From: Obrimoposthia wandeli
Taxonomy: Eukaryota
Length of the DNA: 64,000 nt
Direction: 5' to 3'
Assembly: GCA_977020255.1 (NCBI GenBank)
Contig: CDROCS010000288.1
Location: 1,798,001 to 1,862,000, forward strand
This document shows, in pieces, positions 35,137 through 46,537 of the stretch. The notes beneath the pieces are model-generated. The model saw only the letters and a program-made list of their open reading frames with translations, was not told the origin of the DNA and searched no databases. How positions within the stretch are numbered: position 1 is the stretch's first letter; each line of letters starts with the position of its first letter. A program made the position numbers and the translations under genes.

Positions 35137-38100
35137 TTATGTAATTTCATAATGTCCATAAGCGCGGCTTCTATTTTTCTCGATCCAATAGCGTTTGTCA
35201 TCTGATGAGCTGAGAGCAGTCTTTTGTGTTATGATTGTGTATAGTTGATGATTTATTGTTCCAAACTTCTTTTGTGGTATAGTATATGCATTACCGTTTT
35301 CATACACGTCTAAATATGTTTGATGTACAACCGTTGATCCCTTAAGATTTACTCCTTTTGCTTTATTATTTTCAAAGTCATCTTCAAATTTAAGTGAATT
35401 ACATTTACAAAGTAAGAAAATCCATTCTTTATACATTCTTCCTTCCGATTCATCTTTAAATAAACCTATTTTACTATTAAATTTATTAGAATATAATGGA
35501 TCATTCACATTATAATTTGACGTATCTAATAATCCATCTGCAATCATTTTTGGTAACAACTGCTTTCTTAAATTAATGTTTTTACATTCCAAAAAGAATG
35601 AGTCGGTATCACCGGCAACTATATTAATTGAACAATTGAATAAATTACGATATATTTGCAAATCATGATACTGAAGAGTATACATTCGTAATTTGCTAAG
35701 GTCTAGTACAGCTTGGCCTATATAATTTGGTCGATCGAGACAAATAAAGTCTTTTCTTAATAAAACAGCTATTAAATTATCATGAATTTCAATTGTTCGT
35801 TGAAACATAGGTTTGCTAGTATATGTAATTAATTTTGTAGAACTAGTGCAGATGCGAAGATTCAACCGTTTCTTAACATTTTCAACGGTCTTTCCATACA
35901 AACTAACATTTTTAAGTTTATAAAAATCTTTGTCACATTTATTCGTTGCTTGTGATCTCATTTCTGAATTATATTCTATATATTCTGCGAATATCTTAGC
36001 CTGAGAGAATTTTACTGCTCGATGAATAATTGTTACCACTGCTCCTAAACTAACATACATCTGCAATAGTCTCCAATGAATAACATAATGACTTTTTAGC
36101 GAATGCGTCATTAAAAGTTTTTCAACTTTTTTACCAGGTGGACATTTCTTTTCTGGAGCTATAGGAAGATCGTCTAAAAAGTCATGAAGGTTTTCTGGTA
36201 TTACCAAGTCTACTTCCATAACATAACCATATTCAATATGTTCCATGTTCACATTTTTCATTTCATGCAATATTTCGTTTAATTTTATATCATCAAGAAT
36301 CCATTCAAAATCTCCTTTTGGTAAAGGTTGATCAAGAGCCCATCCATATAAATTATTAACATCTATATATAAAAGACTTGTTTCTTCATCAGCGACTACA
36401 TGATGCTTATTGACAAATGTCATTCCTCCTCGTATACCCGAAGAAATCATGTTGTACATTTCAGGATCCTGCATCAGTTCAACCTTATGTTTTAACATTT
36501 TTAGAGCACTTGCCCAACTCAACCCAGGAATGCTAAAAAGTTAAGTGGTTCTAAACCATCTTCACTGAGAGCTTTTCTTCTGAATGTTTGAAACACGTCA
36601 GCTAATAAATATACGTCAGTCTTTAAGTAAACTAACATATAATCCAACATATTTCTACAATTGGTTATTTTCCAAACATCTTGTGCTTTTTGATATTCAG
36701 TGTCTGTGATTTTATCATTCCATTTTACTGGTAAACTTAACTTATTCTGGAGGACATTTAATGATGTAGCAAAATCATATAGGAATATTCCTTTGCCATC
36801 AATAAGTTTAGATGGAAAAACTGATCTTGTTAATGGAATAGTTGGTAATTTACCGGCTAAATTTTCCAAAGATGATTGCAAAAATTGCAAAGAATCTATA
36901 AATCTCAGAGTTATTTGACCTAATCTTACAATCATGGCTTGAAACATTTCCGTTGATTGTGGTATAATATTTATATCCCAGTCAGTAAATTTATTCAATG
37001 CATATTTTAAAATATGATGTAAATCATAACCTCTGAGATTATGAAACACAATAGGTAAAGTTGGACAAAGTTTTCTTGATAAATTACATTCATTGCATGC
37101 AGGATCTAGATACTTGCCAGTAAAGTGATCATGATCTTTAACATATTTTTCAGATGATTCGTGACATAAATAACATTCATCGGCATTGCTAAATGTACGA
37201 ATCTCTGCATTTGTTAAGGGAATCATTACGTTTTTAAGAGCATCTAAATACCATGGCAAAACCTTTTCTTTAGCCAAGTTCTCTATTGACTGAAGAAATT
37301 TAACTATGCAGTCATCACCAACATTATGTTGATACTGGGTTTCAATTTCATCTGTACTCATAAATAACATACCAGATGCGACAGGCATATGCTTTTGATG
37401 ATAACTCTCATCTGGTACTAATACAGATTCAAAATCAGCGTAAACGACATATTTCGGTGATATAGTTTTTGACCAATCGTTGAATTTAACGTACTTATTC
37501 TTAGGCATAGTATACATTGTAGTGCTTTCTTGATTATAGTCACATAAAACTTTATGCTTTTCTAATTACAAATCGGTTTTGAAACCATGTAAACACTTTT
37601 CACACCATTTTCTGCTAATTCTAGTCTTTCCAGTTCGAATATTTAATAGTCGGTTAAGACAACTTATTCCTATATAATGAAACCGTTCCTTGGATTCTAG
37701 TAACAATAAATTAACTATAGTTCCTTCCTTCATTTTTGATTGGTATACAACATCGATATAAGGATTCTTGATAACATCAGTTTTTGATTCTTTTTCACTT
37801 ACCTCGTTGAATATGAATACATTTATTATTATACCAGGATTTTGCCGTTCAAATTTTGATATATTTGATATTTTCATAGGCATGTCTTCGGTATTATATA
37901 CAAAATCATTTAAAAATCTTTCATAGTTGCTTGGTCTATTTCTATGTGATTCTATTTCATTATATTTAAGTATTGACAATATTGCATAAATAAAGCAAAG
38001 ATTATCAGAGTTTAGAATATTTATGACTGCTTTAGATTTTGTAAGAGAATTTGGTGATTTAATATATGAATGACCTGACAATGCACAAATTTGACTATAT

Positions 38101-38408
38101 TTAGTAGCTATAAATGCATATTCAAGTATATTCATCAATTTCCAACAACTACCCTTTTCTGAATATTCTTCAACTTTATTTTCCATTGTATCTTCCATTT
38201 CTGAAATTATAGCATGTGAAAAAATCATTGCTCGATGTGAAGCATACCATTCTTTAGTTTCTCCATCATTCTTTTCAAACCTCATTCTGATGATGTATTG
38301 AATCTTTGCATTTCCCATTAATTGCACTATTCTTTCTAGTTCATTTAATAATGAAACTGGAACCTTAAGACTTACAAGATTGAGATGATCTACTTTCATG
38401 GATATCAT
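35137..38408 (-). pseudogene. Protein-primed DNA polymerase B with an endonuclease-VII-like HDH..C..CN insert
   Basis: YADFE, HDHFTG..ACNECN, FHNLRGYD, DSLQFL, IRGG, YIDVNNLYGWA, YGKT, DTDSF motifs; in-frame stop at 37566-37568 and a frameshift near 36540. Confidence 0.93.
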
Positions 38409-38488
38409 TGAATAACTATTTTTTAACGATGTTTTAGTCTGTATATTGTCATTTTTTTTACGTTTTCGTGACGGAGTAGAAGCTGGAA

Positions 38489-38827
38489 TTACTTTATTGA
38501 TGGTTCATTAATTATATCAGTTCTTTTGCTTAAAACCGGTACTTTAAATAATGTTTTCTTACTACCATTTTTATATTCTTTTAAATGACTAATATGTCGA
38601 CTATAAAAGAAGTTGTAATCAACATTTTCAGTGCTTAAACATTGTGGACATATGAAATAATTTATTCTTTTGTATGAATAACCATAATAATTTTTCATGA
38701 TATCATGACAGACTTGAGGATTAAAATCTGTTTCCGATGAACAATAATTTGAATAAGTTTTACATATACTCATCTGATGATATGATTGGTATTGAGACAT
38801 TGATTGATTTGATTGGACTTGAGACAT
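38489..38827 (-). CDS. Polinton hypothetical protein with a CPQC..H motif
   Basis: Intact 112-aa ORF divergent from the TBP-like gene. Confidence 0.5.
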   Translation of the reverse strand: MSQVQSNQSMSQYQSYHQMSICKTYSNYCSSETDFNPQVCHDIMKNYYGYSYKRINYFICPQCLSTENVDYNFFYSRHISHLKEYKNGSKKTLFKVPVLSKRTDIINEPSIK

Positions 38828-38899
38828 TTTGATCTAAAAAAATAAATAAAAATAAATATATATATATATAAATACAATAATTTAATTATTTTACTTACA

Positions 38900-39364
38900 A
38901 TGTTAACAAATATTAATTATAAAGGAATTTGCTTAGATGATGTATCCAAATTAAAATTTCGAACACGACCAGAACAATACGTTTATAAAGCCAAAGATTA
39001 TACAATACTTATTTTTAGAAATAAGAAATGCAGGATTATGGGATGTAAGGTACCTATTAAAAATATTTCTTACCCTTTAAGAATAAATATACTTGGTATT
39101 CAATCAATTACGGTATGTGAAAATTTAGATCAAAGTATCAATCTATTTAAATTATGGAATGTGTTACGTAATACATGTTCATTTGACCCTGAGGTTTTCC
39201 CAGGCTTAAGATTAAATATTTTCAATCCATTGTGTGTAAATATTTTCACATCTGGAAAGGTCGTAATTTTAGGTATTAGAAATTTAGATTTTCAAAATCA
39301 AGTTAACGATATCATGACATACATTAAAAAAATTTTATATAAATACGAAACAATTTCTAATTAA
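38900..39364 (+). CDS. TATA-binding-protein-like protein (two-repeat TBP fold), Polinton-encoded, intact ORF
   Basis: TNINYKG..TILIFRNKKCRIMGCK (repeat 1); IQSITV..SFDPEVFPGL..VNIFTSGKVVILG (repeat 2, hallmark of TBP: YEPELFPGL..LIFxSGKxVxTG). Confidence 0.85.
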   Translation: MLTNINYKGICLDDVSKLKFRTRPEQYVYKAKDYTILIFRNKKCRIMGCKVPIKNISYPLRINILGIQSITVCENLDQSINLFKLWNVLRNTCSFDPEVFPGLRLNIFNPLCVNIFTSGKVVILGIRNLDFQNQVNDIMTYIKKILYKYETISN

Positions 39365-39379
39365 ATCATTCAATTTTAA

Positions 39380-39730
39380 ATGTCTTATAAAGCTGTTCAA
39401 AAGTATTACGAGTATGATATGTTCTTCTTGGCATCTGCATGGATTCATCCAATGACTATGCCAGTGACATTATCGAAAACTTCGTACAATTACCGAGTCT
39501 CTGATTTTGACAACAAAGACATTCAACAACTCAATGATGTCATCAAATATTTGAAGATTGACGTTGAACTTGAGAATGAGGGTATATTTATGCGCGGAGA
39601 TAAGTGTAAATTTTATGATTGTTCCGGAACAAAGATTTCGGATAATCAAGAAGATGGAAGAAGTTGGATGCTCGAAATAAAAATTCTCGGATATAAAATA
39701 AATAAAAAGAATCAAACAACTCTCATCTGA
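39380..39730 (+). CDS. Polinton hypothetical protein
   Basis: Intact 116-aa ORF between the TBP-like and ATPase genes; beta-rich, function not recognised. Confidence 0.5.
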   Translation: MSYKAVQKYYEYDMFFLASAWIHPMTMPVTLSKTSYNYRVSDFDNKDIQQLNDVIKYLKIDVELENEGIFMRGDKCKFYDCSGTKISDNQEDGRSWMLEIKILGYKINKKNQTTLI

Positions 39731-39839
39731 AGGATTCATACAGCGACCGAATATTTTGATGTTTAATAAATAAATATTTAATAAAATGTTGTTATTGTTA
39801 TAAACATGGACTTATTCTGATATATTTATTTTATATTAA

Positions 39840-39873
<34 letters not shown>

Positions 39874-39875
<2 letters not shown>

Positions 39876-40504
39876 GTTATTAACAAACAATTCGACTTTT
39901 CAAGTAGTAGGACCAAGTGGTAGTGGAAAAACTTTATTTGTTTGTAAATTATTAAATTCAAAAATGTTTAAAAATAAATTTAATAAAATATATTGGCATC
40001 AAGGTGGTGACGGAGAAGCTGGTTTAACAAACCAAGAATTTAATAAAATAAAAAAACATTAAGATTATTAACGGTTTTGATGAAAATTGGACTACAAGAC
40101 TCGTAAAAGGTGATGTAATTGTTATTGATGACTTATATCAAGAGGCTAACAAAGAATATGATTTTAATGATTTATTTACAAAAATTGCAAGACATAGAGA
40201 AGTTACTGTAATTTTTATAACCCAAAATTTATTTCATCAAGGAGGAAATCATCGTACTCGTAATCTTAATGTACATTATTTGATTTTATTCACAAATCCT
40301 AGAGATCAAACAGTGATAGATTTTATTGCTCGTCAAGCATTTCCTCATAACAAGAGTTATTTAATTGATGCGTTTCATGATGCTACATCTTTACCTCATG
40401 GTTATTTATTTTTAAATTTTACTCTATCATGTCCTGATGATTTAAGAATTGTTACTGATATATTTAACCGTAATGGTATTACAGTCTATAAACAAAATAA
40501 ATAA
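39874..40504 (+). pseudogene. A32/FtsK-like packaging ATPase, premature stop at 40060-40062
   Basis: Walker A VVGPSGSGKT, Walker B IVIDDL, KIARHREVTVIFITQNLF, YLILFTNPRD. Confidence 0.9.
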
Positions 40505-40524
40505 TAATAAAGTTTTAAAATAAA

Positions 40525-40935
40525 ATGAATTTTAAAAAGAGTATTTTTAAACATAGTAAAAGGACAGATAAAGATGAAGTTAAAAAATTAATAAACACTG
40601 TATTATATGATCGTAATAATATTGAATTTTCAAAAAGTTTACCTTATTTTAAAACCTTAATTGACGTATCAAAAACGAATAAAATGAAAATATTGAAATC
40701 ATTTCCAATTTATGTAGTTGATGATTTAATAAAAATTTTAAATAAAATAATTTATGGTAAAATTAAACCTGATCCTAATATTTTAAAATATAAAAATTCA
40801 TTAATAAATTTAGCAAATTCACGTGGTAAAATTAATAAGAGAAACATTATTTACAATCAAAATGGTGGATTCCTATTGGCCATACTGCCCGCTATAGCAT
40901 CAGTAATAGCTGGTCTTATAAGTTCAAGAAGTTAA
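40525..40935 (+). CDS. Polinton core/cement-like protein ending in an adenovirus pX-like GGFL..I motif
   Basis: C-terminus NQNGGFLLAILPAIASVIAGLISSRS. Confidence 0.6.
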   Translation: MNFKKSIFKHSKRTDKDEVKKLINTVLYDRNNIEFSKSLPYFKTLIDVSKTNKMKILKSFPIYVVDDLIKILNKIIYGKIKPDPNILKYKNSLINLANSRGKINKRNIIYNQNGGFLLAILPAIASVIAGLISSRS

Positions 40936-41063
40936 AACTATGCAATACTTTCGTTTTATACAAACATATAAACAGATTAAAATATATTTAACTTTTATAA
41001 TAATGGGGATAAACAATACAAAGTTGTCTAACTTATTTATAAATTTTAATTCTTCATGCTGCA

Positions 41064-42090
41064 ATGGAAAAGATTTGGAACAATCCAGAAGATCCAGACG
41101 GGTATACAGGGTTAGAAAAATTGACAAAAAGAGTCAAACAATCAAAAGCAAATACACAAAAATGGTTAAGAAATGAATTATCATATAGTTTGAATAAACC
41201 TTTAAGACGTAAATTTCCTACTAGATCATATAAAACTAATGGTATTAATTCCTTATGGCAGATGGATTTAATGGAAATGATACCTTATTCTTCAGTAAAT
41301 AACGGATTCAAGTATATTTTAACTTGTATTGATGTATTTAGTCGTTTTGCAAGGGCAGTTGGTATTAAATCAAAATCGGGTATTGATTTATTACATGCAA
41401 TAGAATCTTTAATTGTTGATGATGTACCAGTAAATATCCAAACCGATGAAGGTAAAGAATTTTTTAATTCACATGTTAAGAAATTATTTAAAACTGAAAA
41501 TATCAATCATTATTCAGTATATTCTCAATATAAAGTTGCAGTATTTGAAAGATTTAAATAGAACGTTAAGAGAATGGTTAAAGAAATAGTTTACTAAACA
41601 AGGTAATAAGAAATGGGTGAATGTATTACCAAAAATTATTTATGCTTATAATAATTCTAAACATAGAGGTTTAGATGGTTTAAAACCTGTAGATGTAAAT
41701 AATAAAAATGAATTTGATATTTTGTTGAAACAAAATCTAAAAGAAAAGAAAGTTAAATCTAAATATAAAATTGATGATTATGTTCGAATATCAAAAATAA
41801 GTACAAGTCCATTTATTAAAAATTTTAATCAAAATTGGAGTGATGAGGTTTTTCAAATTCATGATATTAATTATAAACAAAATCCAATAATGTATATTTT
41901 AAAAGATATTGATAACGTCATCATCAAAGGAAAATTTTATAAACAAGAGTTACAATTAATTGATAAACCTAAACTATATCGAATACAAGAAATTTTAGAA
42001 ACTAAAGGTCGTGGTAAGAATGAACAATATTACGTAAAGTGGCACGGATACTCTGAACCTTCTTGGATATTTGCTTCTCAAATTGAATAA
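41064..42090 (+). pseudogene. Retroviral-like DDE integrase with a C-terminal chromodomain-like region; frameshift at ~41557 and stop at ~41586
   Basis: LWQMDL, YILTCIDVFSRF, IQTDEGKEF, ERFNRT, YRIQEIL..YYVKWHGY..SW. Confidence 0.92.
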
Positions 42091-43103
42091 TGTCAAAATA
42101 TATTATTTTACCTAGTAATAGTTGTCCAAGTACTCAACCTAACAATACAGCCAATCAATTTACTGTAGATTGGGAAAACTCTCTAAATTTAGATGGTGAA
42201 TGGGAGGTTGCCTTGACTGAATTTGTATTTAATTATACTCCTTTAACAATACAAACTAATTCAAAAATACTTTATAAAATGGAAAAGATAAAAATGAAAA
42301 TTTTCGATGTATCTTTTGCAATTTTAAATGGATTAATTTTTAATAATTTAAATAATGTTTTCAATTTCAAAATTACAAAGGATGAAAAATTAGAAATAAG
42401 TACAATTAACAGTATTCATCGAATGTTGTTAAAATTCAAAACTTTAGAAGAATCAAAAATTATAGGTTTTAATGAAATACAAAAAATTTCTAGTCATGTT
42501 ATAACAAGTGATGAAATTGTTGACATAAATAAAAATATTCATGCTAAAATGAGAATTACAATTTATTCTTTAGCTGAATATGAATACGAAATAAAATTTA
42601 ATCAAAATTATTTGATACAAGATAGTTCTTCATTATGTAATATTATAGCCAGTAAATGTAATGAAATTTTTAAAAGCTGTAATATAGATTCAAACGGATT
42701 ATTTGATATTTTAATAAAGAAAAATGTAAAATCAGTTTTATTTGACCAAAAACTTGCATCTTTATTAGGTTTAAATAATGTTTTCTTTGAGAAACGAATT
42801 AAAGGTTTTCAAGAACCAACACTTTCCAGCTCATATAATCAAATGTATATTTATACTAGTTGAACAGATTCTGTCTTAGTAGGATCTGATTATGTTCCAC
42901 TGTTAAAGTCTATTTGGTTAAAATCATTAAAATATCGATATGGAGATGTAGTAAATGTTAAAATTGATAATCCAATGTACTTGAAAATGAGAGATTCAAG
43001 TATTAATAGAATCGAGGTAAATATACGTGATGATTCTGGTAATTTAATTCCATTTTCATATGGAGCAAAAACTAGTTTAACTCTTCATTTACGTAAAGTA
43101 TAA
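42090..43103 (+). pseudogene. Minor capsid (penton-like) protein, premature stop at 42861-42863
   Basis: YIILPSNS..NNTANQFTV..LNLDGEWEVALTEF; reads on in frame YIYTS*TDSVLVGSDYVPLLK..IEVNIRDDSGNLIPF..LHLRK. Confidence 0.85.
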
Positions 43104-43139
43104 ACAATATAAATATATTTAAAATATAAAAATATAAAA

Positions 43140-43544
43140 ATGAATACATCAATTATAAAATTTTATAGCAAAAGTCAACAGGGCGGTGAACTTCCCTATT
43201 TCATTGGTAAGCAATATGGATCTAGTTGGTTTCAAACTATTTCTAGATTAGCTATTCCATTGTTAAAAAAAGTTGGTTTATCAGCAGCTACAAGTGCTGC
43301 CAATGTAATTGGTGAAACGGTAGGAACTGCGTTAACAAATCCAAAAAACATAATTTCATCTCTCAAAGAAAATACAATCAAAGAAGTCAAAACTTTGATT
43401 CCAAAATTAAAAAATAATGCTGTTGATAGTTTAAATAAAGTCGCAAATTGTGTTGAACAAAATGGAAAGGGTCTTAAACGTAAAAGAAATAATTTAAATA
43501 GTATAAACAAACGTCTTAAAGGTACTATTTTCCAAAATGACTAG
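43140..43544 (+). CDS. Polinton core protein (pVII-like, QxGG motif)
   Basis: FYSKSQQGGELPYFIGKQYGSSWFQTISRLAIPLLKK. Confidence 0.65.
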   Translation: MNTSIIKFYSKSQQGGELPYFIGKQYGSSWFQTISRLAIPLLKKVGLSAATSAANVIGETVGTALTNPKNIISSLKENTIKEVKTLIPKLKNNAVDSLNKVANCVEQNGKGLKRKRNNLNSINKRLKGTIFQND

Positions 43545-44757
43545 TATAAAATCTGAATTGTGTATTTTCGATAGACCACTACCTCAAGTAGTGATTGAAA
43601 ATTCATGTTTTGAAGAAATATTTCCAATCAATTCAATTACTGGAAAAAATTTAAATGACATAGAATTTAATATTCATGCATCTGAAGAAGATTATCTGGA
43701 TTTGAATGATACTTTGTTAAATATTAAATTAAAAGTTGTAAATGAAGATGGTACTGATTTAATGAAAGATAGTGATGTAACTCCAGAGAATTACATGTTT
43801 CAAACTTTGTTTAGAGATGTTATTCTAACACTTAATAATGTAAAGGTTGAAGGAGGAAATGGAACGTATACTCATAAGGCTATATTCGATACTCTTTTGA
43901 ATTTTAGTAGTGATACCAAGTATACTAACCTTGAATGTAGTGGGTATGATGATGAAGCAGAAAATCGTAAACAATGGATTAGTGAATCTAAAATATTTTC
44001 ATTATGTAATTCAATTAGATTAGATTTCTTTGAACAACCAAAATATTTGATTCCAGGGATTAATGTTCATTTGAGATTTATGAGAAATCAGCATAATTTT
44101 TCGCTCTATTCAGAAACTTCAAAACCAATTATTCAAATTCTAGATGCTAGATTGTATGTTAGAAGAGTAAAAGTTGATTCTTCAGTAATGATTGGACATC
44201 AGTTAGGTTTGCAAAGTCAGAATGCAGTTTACCCAATTAGAAAAACTCAGTTAGTAACATATTCAATTCCTCAGGGTTCTTTGGAACTTAATAAAGATCA
44301 AATATTCGGAGACTATCGTTTACCCAAGTTCATTTTGATTGCTTTCAAAGATACACCTCAGGGTGGTAAGGAATACAAAGTTAAATCTTCTACGTTCGAT
44401 ACATTTAATGTTTCAACAATATCATTAGCTAGAAATACATATTATCGAGAAACTTATAATCTAGATAATAACAATTTTTCATTAGCATATATGCAGTCAA
44501 TTATTCGAAATATGAATATTTTAGATAAAAACGTGAATAATGGTATCAGATTTTCTGATTTTAAATCAGGAAGTTCGATTTTCACTTTTCTATTAGCACC
44601 AGATTTTGATATAAACACTACTCAAGTGCCTAAAACTGGTAATTTAAGACTTGAAATTAGATTTAATTCTCCTTTGACCGTACCAACAAGTGTTTTGATT
44701 TACGGAATATTTGATTCCGAAATTCAGATTACGAAAAATAAAACTGTGATTGTATGA
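43537..44757 (+). CDS. Major capsid protein (double jelly-roll), intact 406 aa
   Basis: KSELCIFDRPLPQVVIE, YLDLNDTLL, KYLIPGINVHLRF, ARLYVRRVKV, GNLRLEIRF. Confidence 0.9.
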   Translation: MTSIKSELCIFDRPLPQVVIENSCFEEIFPINSITGKNLNDIEFNIHASEEDYLDLNDTLLNIKLKVVNEDGTDLMKDSDVTPENYMFQTLFRDVILTLNNVKVEGGNGTYTHKAIFDTLLNFSSDTKYTNLECSGYDDEAENRKQWISESKIFSLCNSIRLDFFEQPKYLIPGINVHLRFMRNQHNFSLYSETSKPIIQILDARLYVRRVKVDSSVMIGHQLGLQSQNAVYPIRKTQLVTYSIPQGSLELNKDQIFGDYRLPKFILIAFKDTPQGGKEYKVKSSTFDTFNVSTISLARNTYYRETYNLDNNNFSLAYMQSIIRNMNILDKNVNNGIRFSDFKSGSSIFTFLLAPDFDINTTQVPKTGNLRLEIRFNSPLTVPTSVLIYGIFDSEIQITKNKTVIV

Positions 44758-45130
44758 AGTAAGCTTATTGTATATTATATTCTTTATTAAAATTAGTACT
44801 TTAGAAATTCATAAATCCGGAAAAATATTATTGAATAACAAATTTAATGAAGTATATTCATTGGATAAAATTCCATCATTAAAACCCGGAGGTTACATTA
44901 TCAATACTCATACTTCAAATCTACCAGGCGAGCATTGGATAGCAATATTCGTTGACAGATTCGAGATTCGAGTGTTTGATCCTTTTGGATTCTATTATCC
45001 TGCAAAGTTGGTGTCTACACTTGAAAAAGAAAACATTCCAGTCTACTATAATCGAGTTAAATGTCAGAATCCATTAACTAAAAACTGCGGACCTCTGAGT
45101 CTTTTATGGTTGAAACTTCAACACAAATAA
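44750..45130 (+). CDS. Adenain-like cysteine protease
   Basis: IINTHTSNLPGEHWIAIF, FDPFG, Q....KNCG catalytic motifs. Confidence 0.88.
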   Translation: MYEVSLLYIIFFIKISTLEIHKSGKILLNNKFNEVYSLDKIPSLKPGGYIINTHTSNLPGEHWIAIFVDRFEIRVFDPFGFYYPAKLVSTLEKENIPVYYNRVKCQNPLTKNCGPLSLLWLKLQHK

Positions 45131-45181
45131 TTTTAAGTATAAACAAATATATCATTATAGTATTTCATTTTATTTTTTCAA

Positions 45182-45634
45182 ATGGCTTTTATTGATTTAG
45201 AATGTTTTATTGATAATAATGGAGAATATATTCCAAAGGAATTATGTATAATGTATGTGAATGATATGACTTGTCCATTTCATTACGTGTTTAAAAATCA
45301 AATACCATGGAGTAGTTTATCATTTACAGTTAAAAGAAAAAATCTATATTTGATAAATCATCATCATCAGTTATCCTGGTTTGAAGGTGAAAGCTCTGAA
45401 ATTCATATTGATGATGTTGAAACAATATTCTATGTTATGGATTCTATTGATGGAAAGAAAATTAATTTAGTGAAACGAATGTTTCCAAATTTGAGAATTG
45501 TGAATTATAATAAAAGTTTCAAAAATTTAAAGAAAATGCCAAAAAATATTCGATGTCTGTTTAGAAAACACGGAAAACATTGGGCTTATTTGAAATGTTT
45601 TTCTCTATGTATTGATTATATAAATTGTATATAA
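45182..45634 (+). CDS. Polinton accessory protein, DEDD-exonuclease-like
   Basis: FIDLECF..PKELC..HHHQLSWFEG pattern. Confidence 0.5.
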   Translation: MAFIDLECFIDNNGEYIPKELCIMYVNDMTCPFHYVFKNQIPWSSLSFTVKRKNLYLINHHHQLSWFEGESSEIHIDDVETIFYVMDSIDGKKINLVKRMFPNLRIVNYNKSFKNLKKMPKNIRCLFRKHGKHWAYLKCFSLCIDYINCI

Positions 45635-45687
45635 ATATATTCATTAATGATATTTGATTTTAATATATAATTTATGTTATTTAAATT

Positions 45688-46537
45688 AATTTTACCATAT
45701 TTCTTTAAATGCATAAGCCTGGAAAAAACTTTGATCTAAATTTTCACATAGAATAGTGTGTGTTATTACGTAATACATTCCTTAACTGATAAGAGTGAAC
45801 TTTCACATAGAATAATTGATTAAATACTATATAATTTCTTAATTTATGCCAAATCTAACCCTTACATTGTGAACGACCATAAAATTTTTACATGAATAAA
45901 CTCGTAATATATTGACGAATACAACCATGTACTTGAAACTATGAAATTCCAACTTTTCTTTAACCCTTCATCTATGAACGACCATACATATATGGATGAA
46001 TTCGTCTTCTAAAGATGATTACAACCATGTATTCAAACCTTGATATTTAAAACTTGATTTTGTCTTTAGCCCGACCCTTTGATTTATGGACAACCATACT
46101 TTATGGGTGACTTCGTCTTCTAAAAATGATTACAACCATGTACTAAAACCTTGATATTAAAAAAAAAAATTTAGCCCGACCCTTTGACCTATGGACGACC
46201 ACAACCCTTTAGATGTGATGGCCAACCATAGACGGTCATGACCATACCTTAAAACCTTCAAGTCAAAACTATGCCTGACCCTTTAAATTATGGATGACCA
46301 CAACCCTTTAGTGGTATACCAAAGAAGGGTGGAGACTATATCAATTGACCCTTCCCCCCTCACCCTATCTTAACCTTTCTGAGCCAGACCCTTATGATGT
46401 GGCAAGACAACCTTATGGTGAGTCAACATATACCCTTATGGTGTGGCAAGACACCCTTATGTTGAAAAAAAATCCTTTAACATTGTGTGCGCACACAGGG
46501 GGGGTCAAGTGGTCTAGACTCCATCCTTCGACCTACT
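45688..46537 (-). repeat. Polinton right TIR
   Basis: Reverse complement of the left TIR, with fewer subrepeats. Confidence 0.9.

Larger units (their letters stand above)
33917..46537. mobile_element. Polinton/Maverick (endogenous adintovirus-like element), 12.6 kb, full gene set but inactivated
   Basis: AGTAGG...CCTACT termini, 6-bp TSD CACAGT/CACAGC, long TIRs; pPolB, ATPase, integrase, minor and major capsid proteins and cysteine protease all recognisable. Confidence 0.95.
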
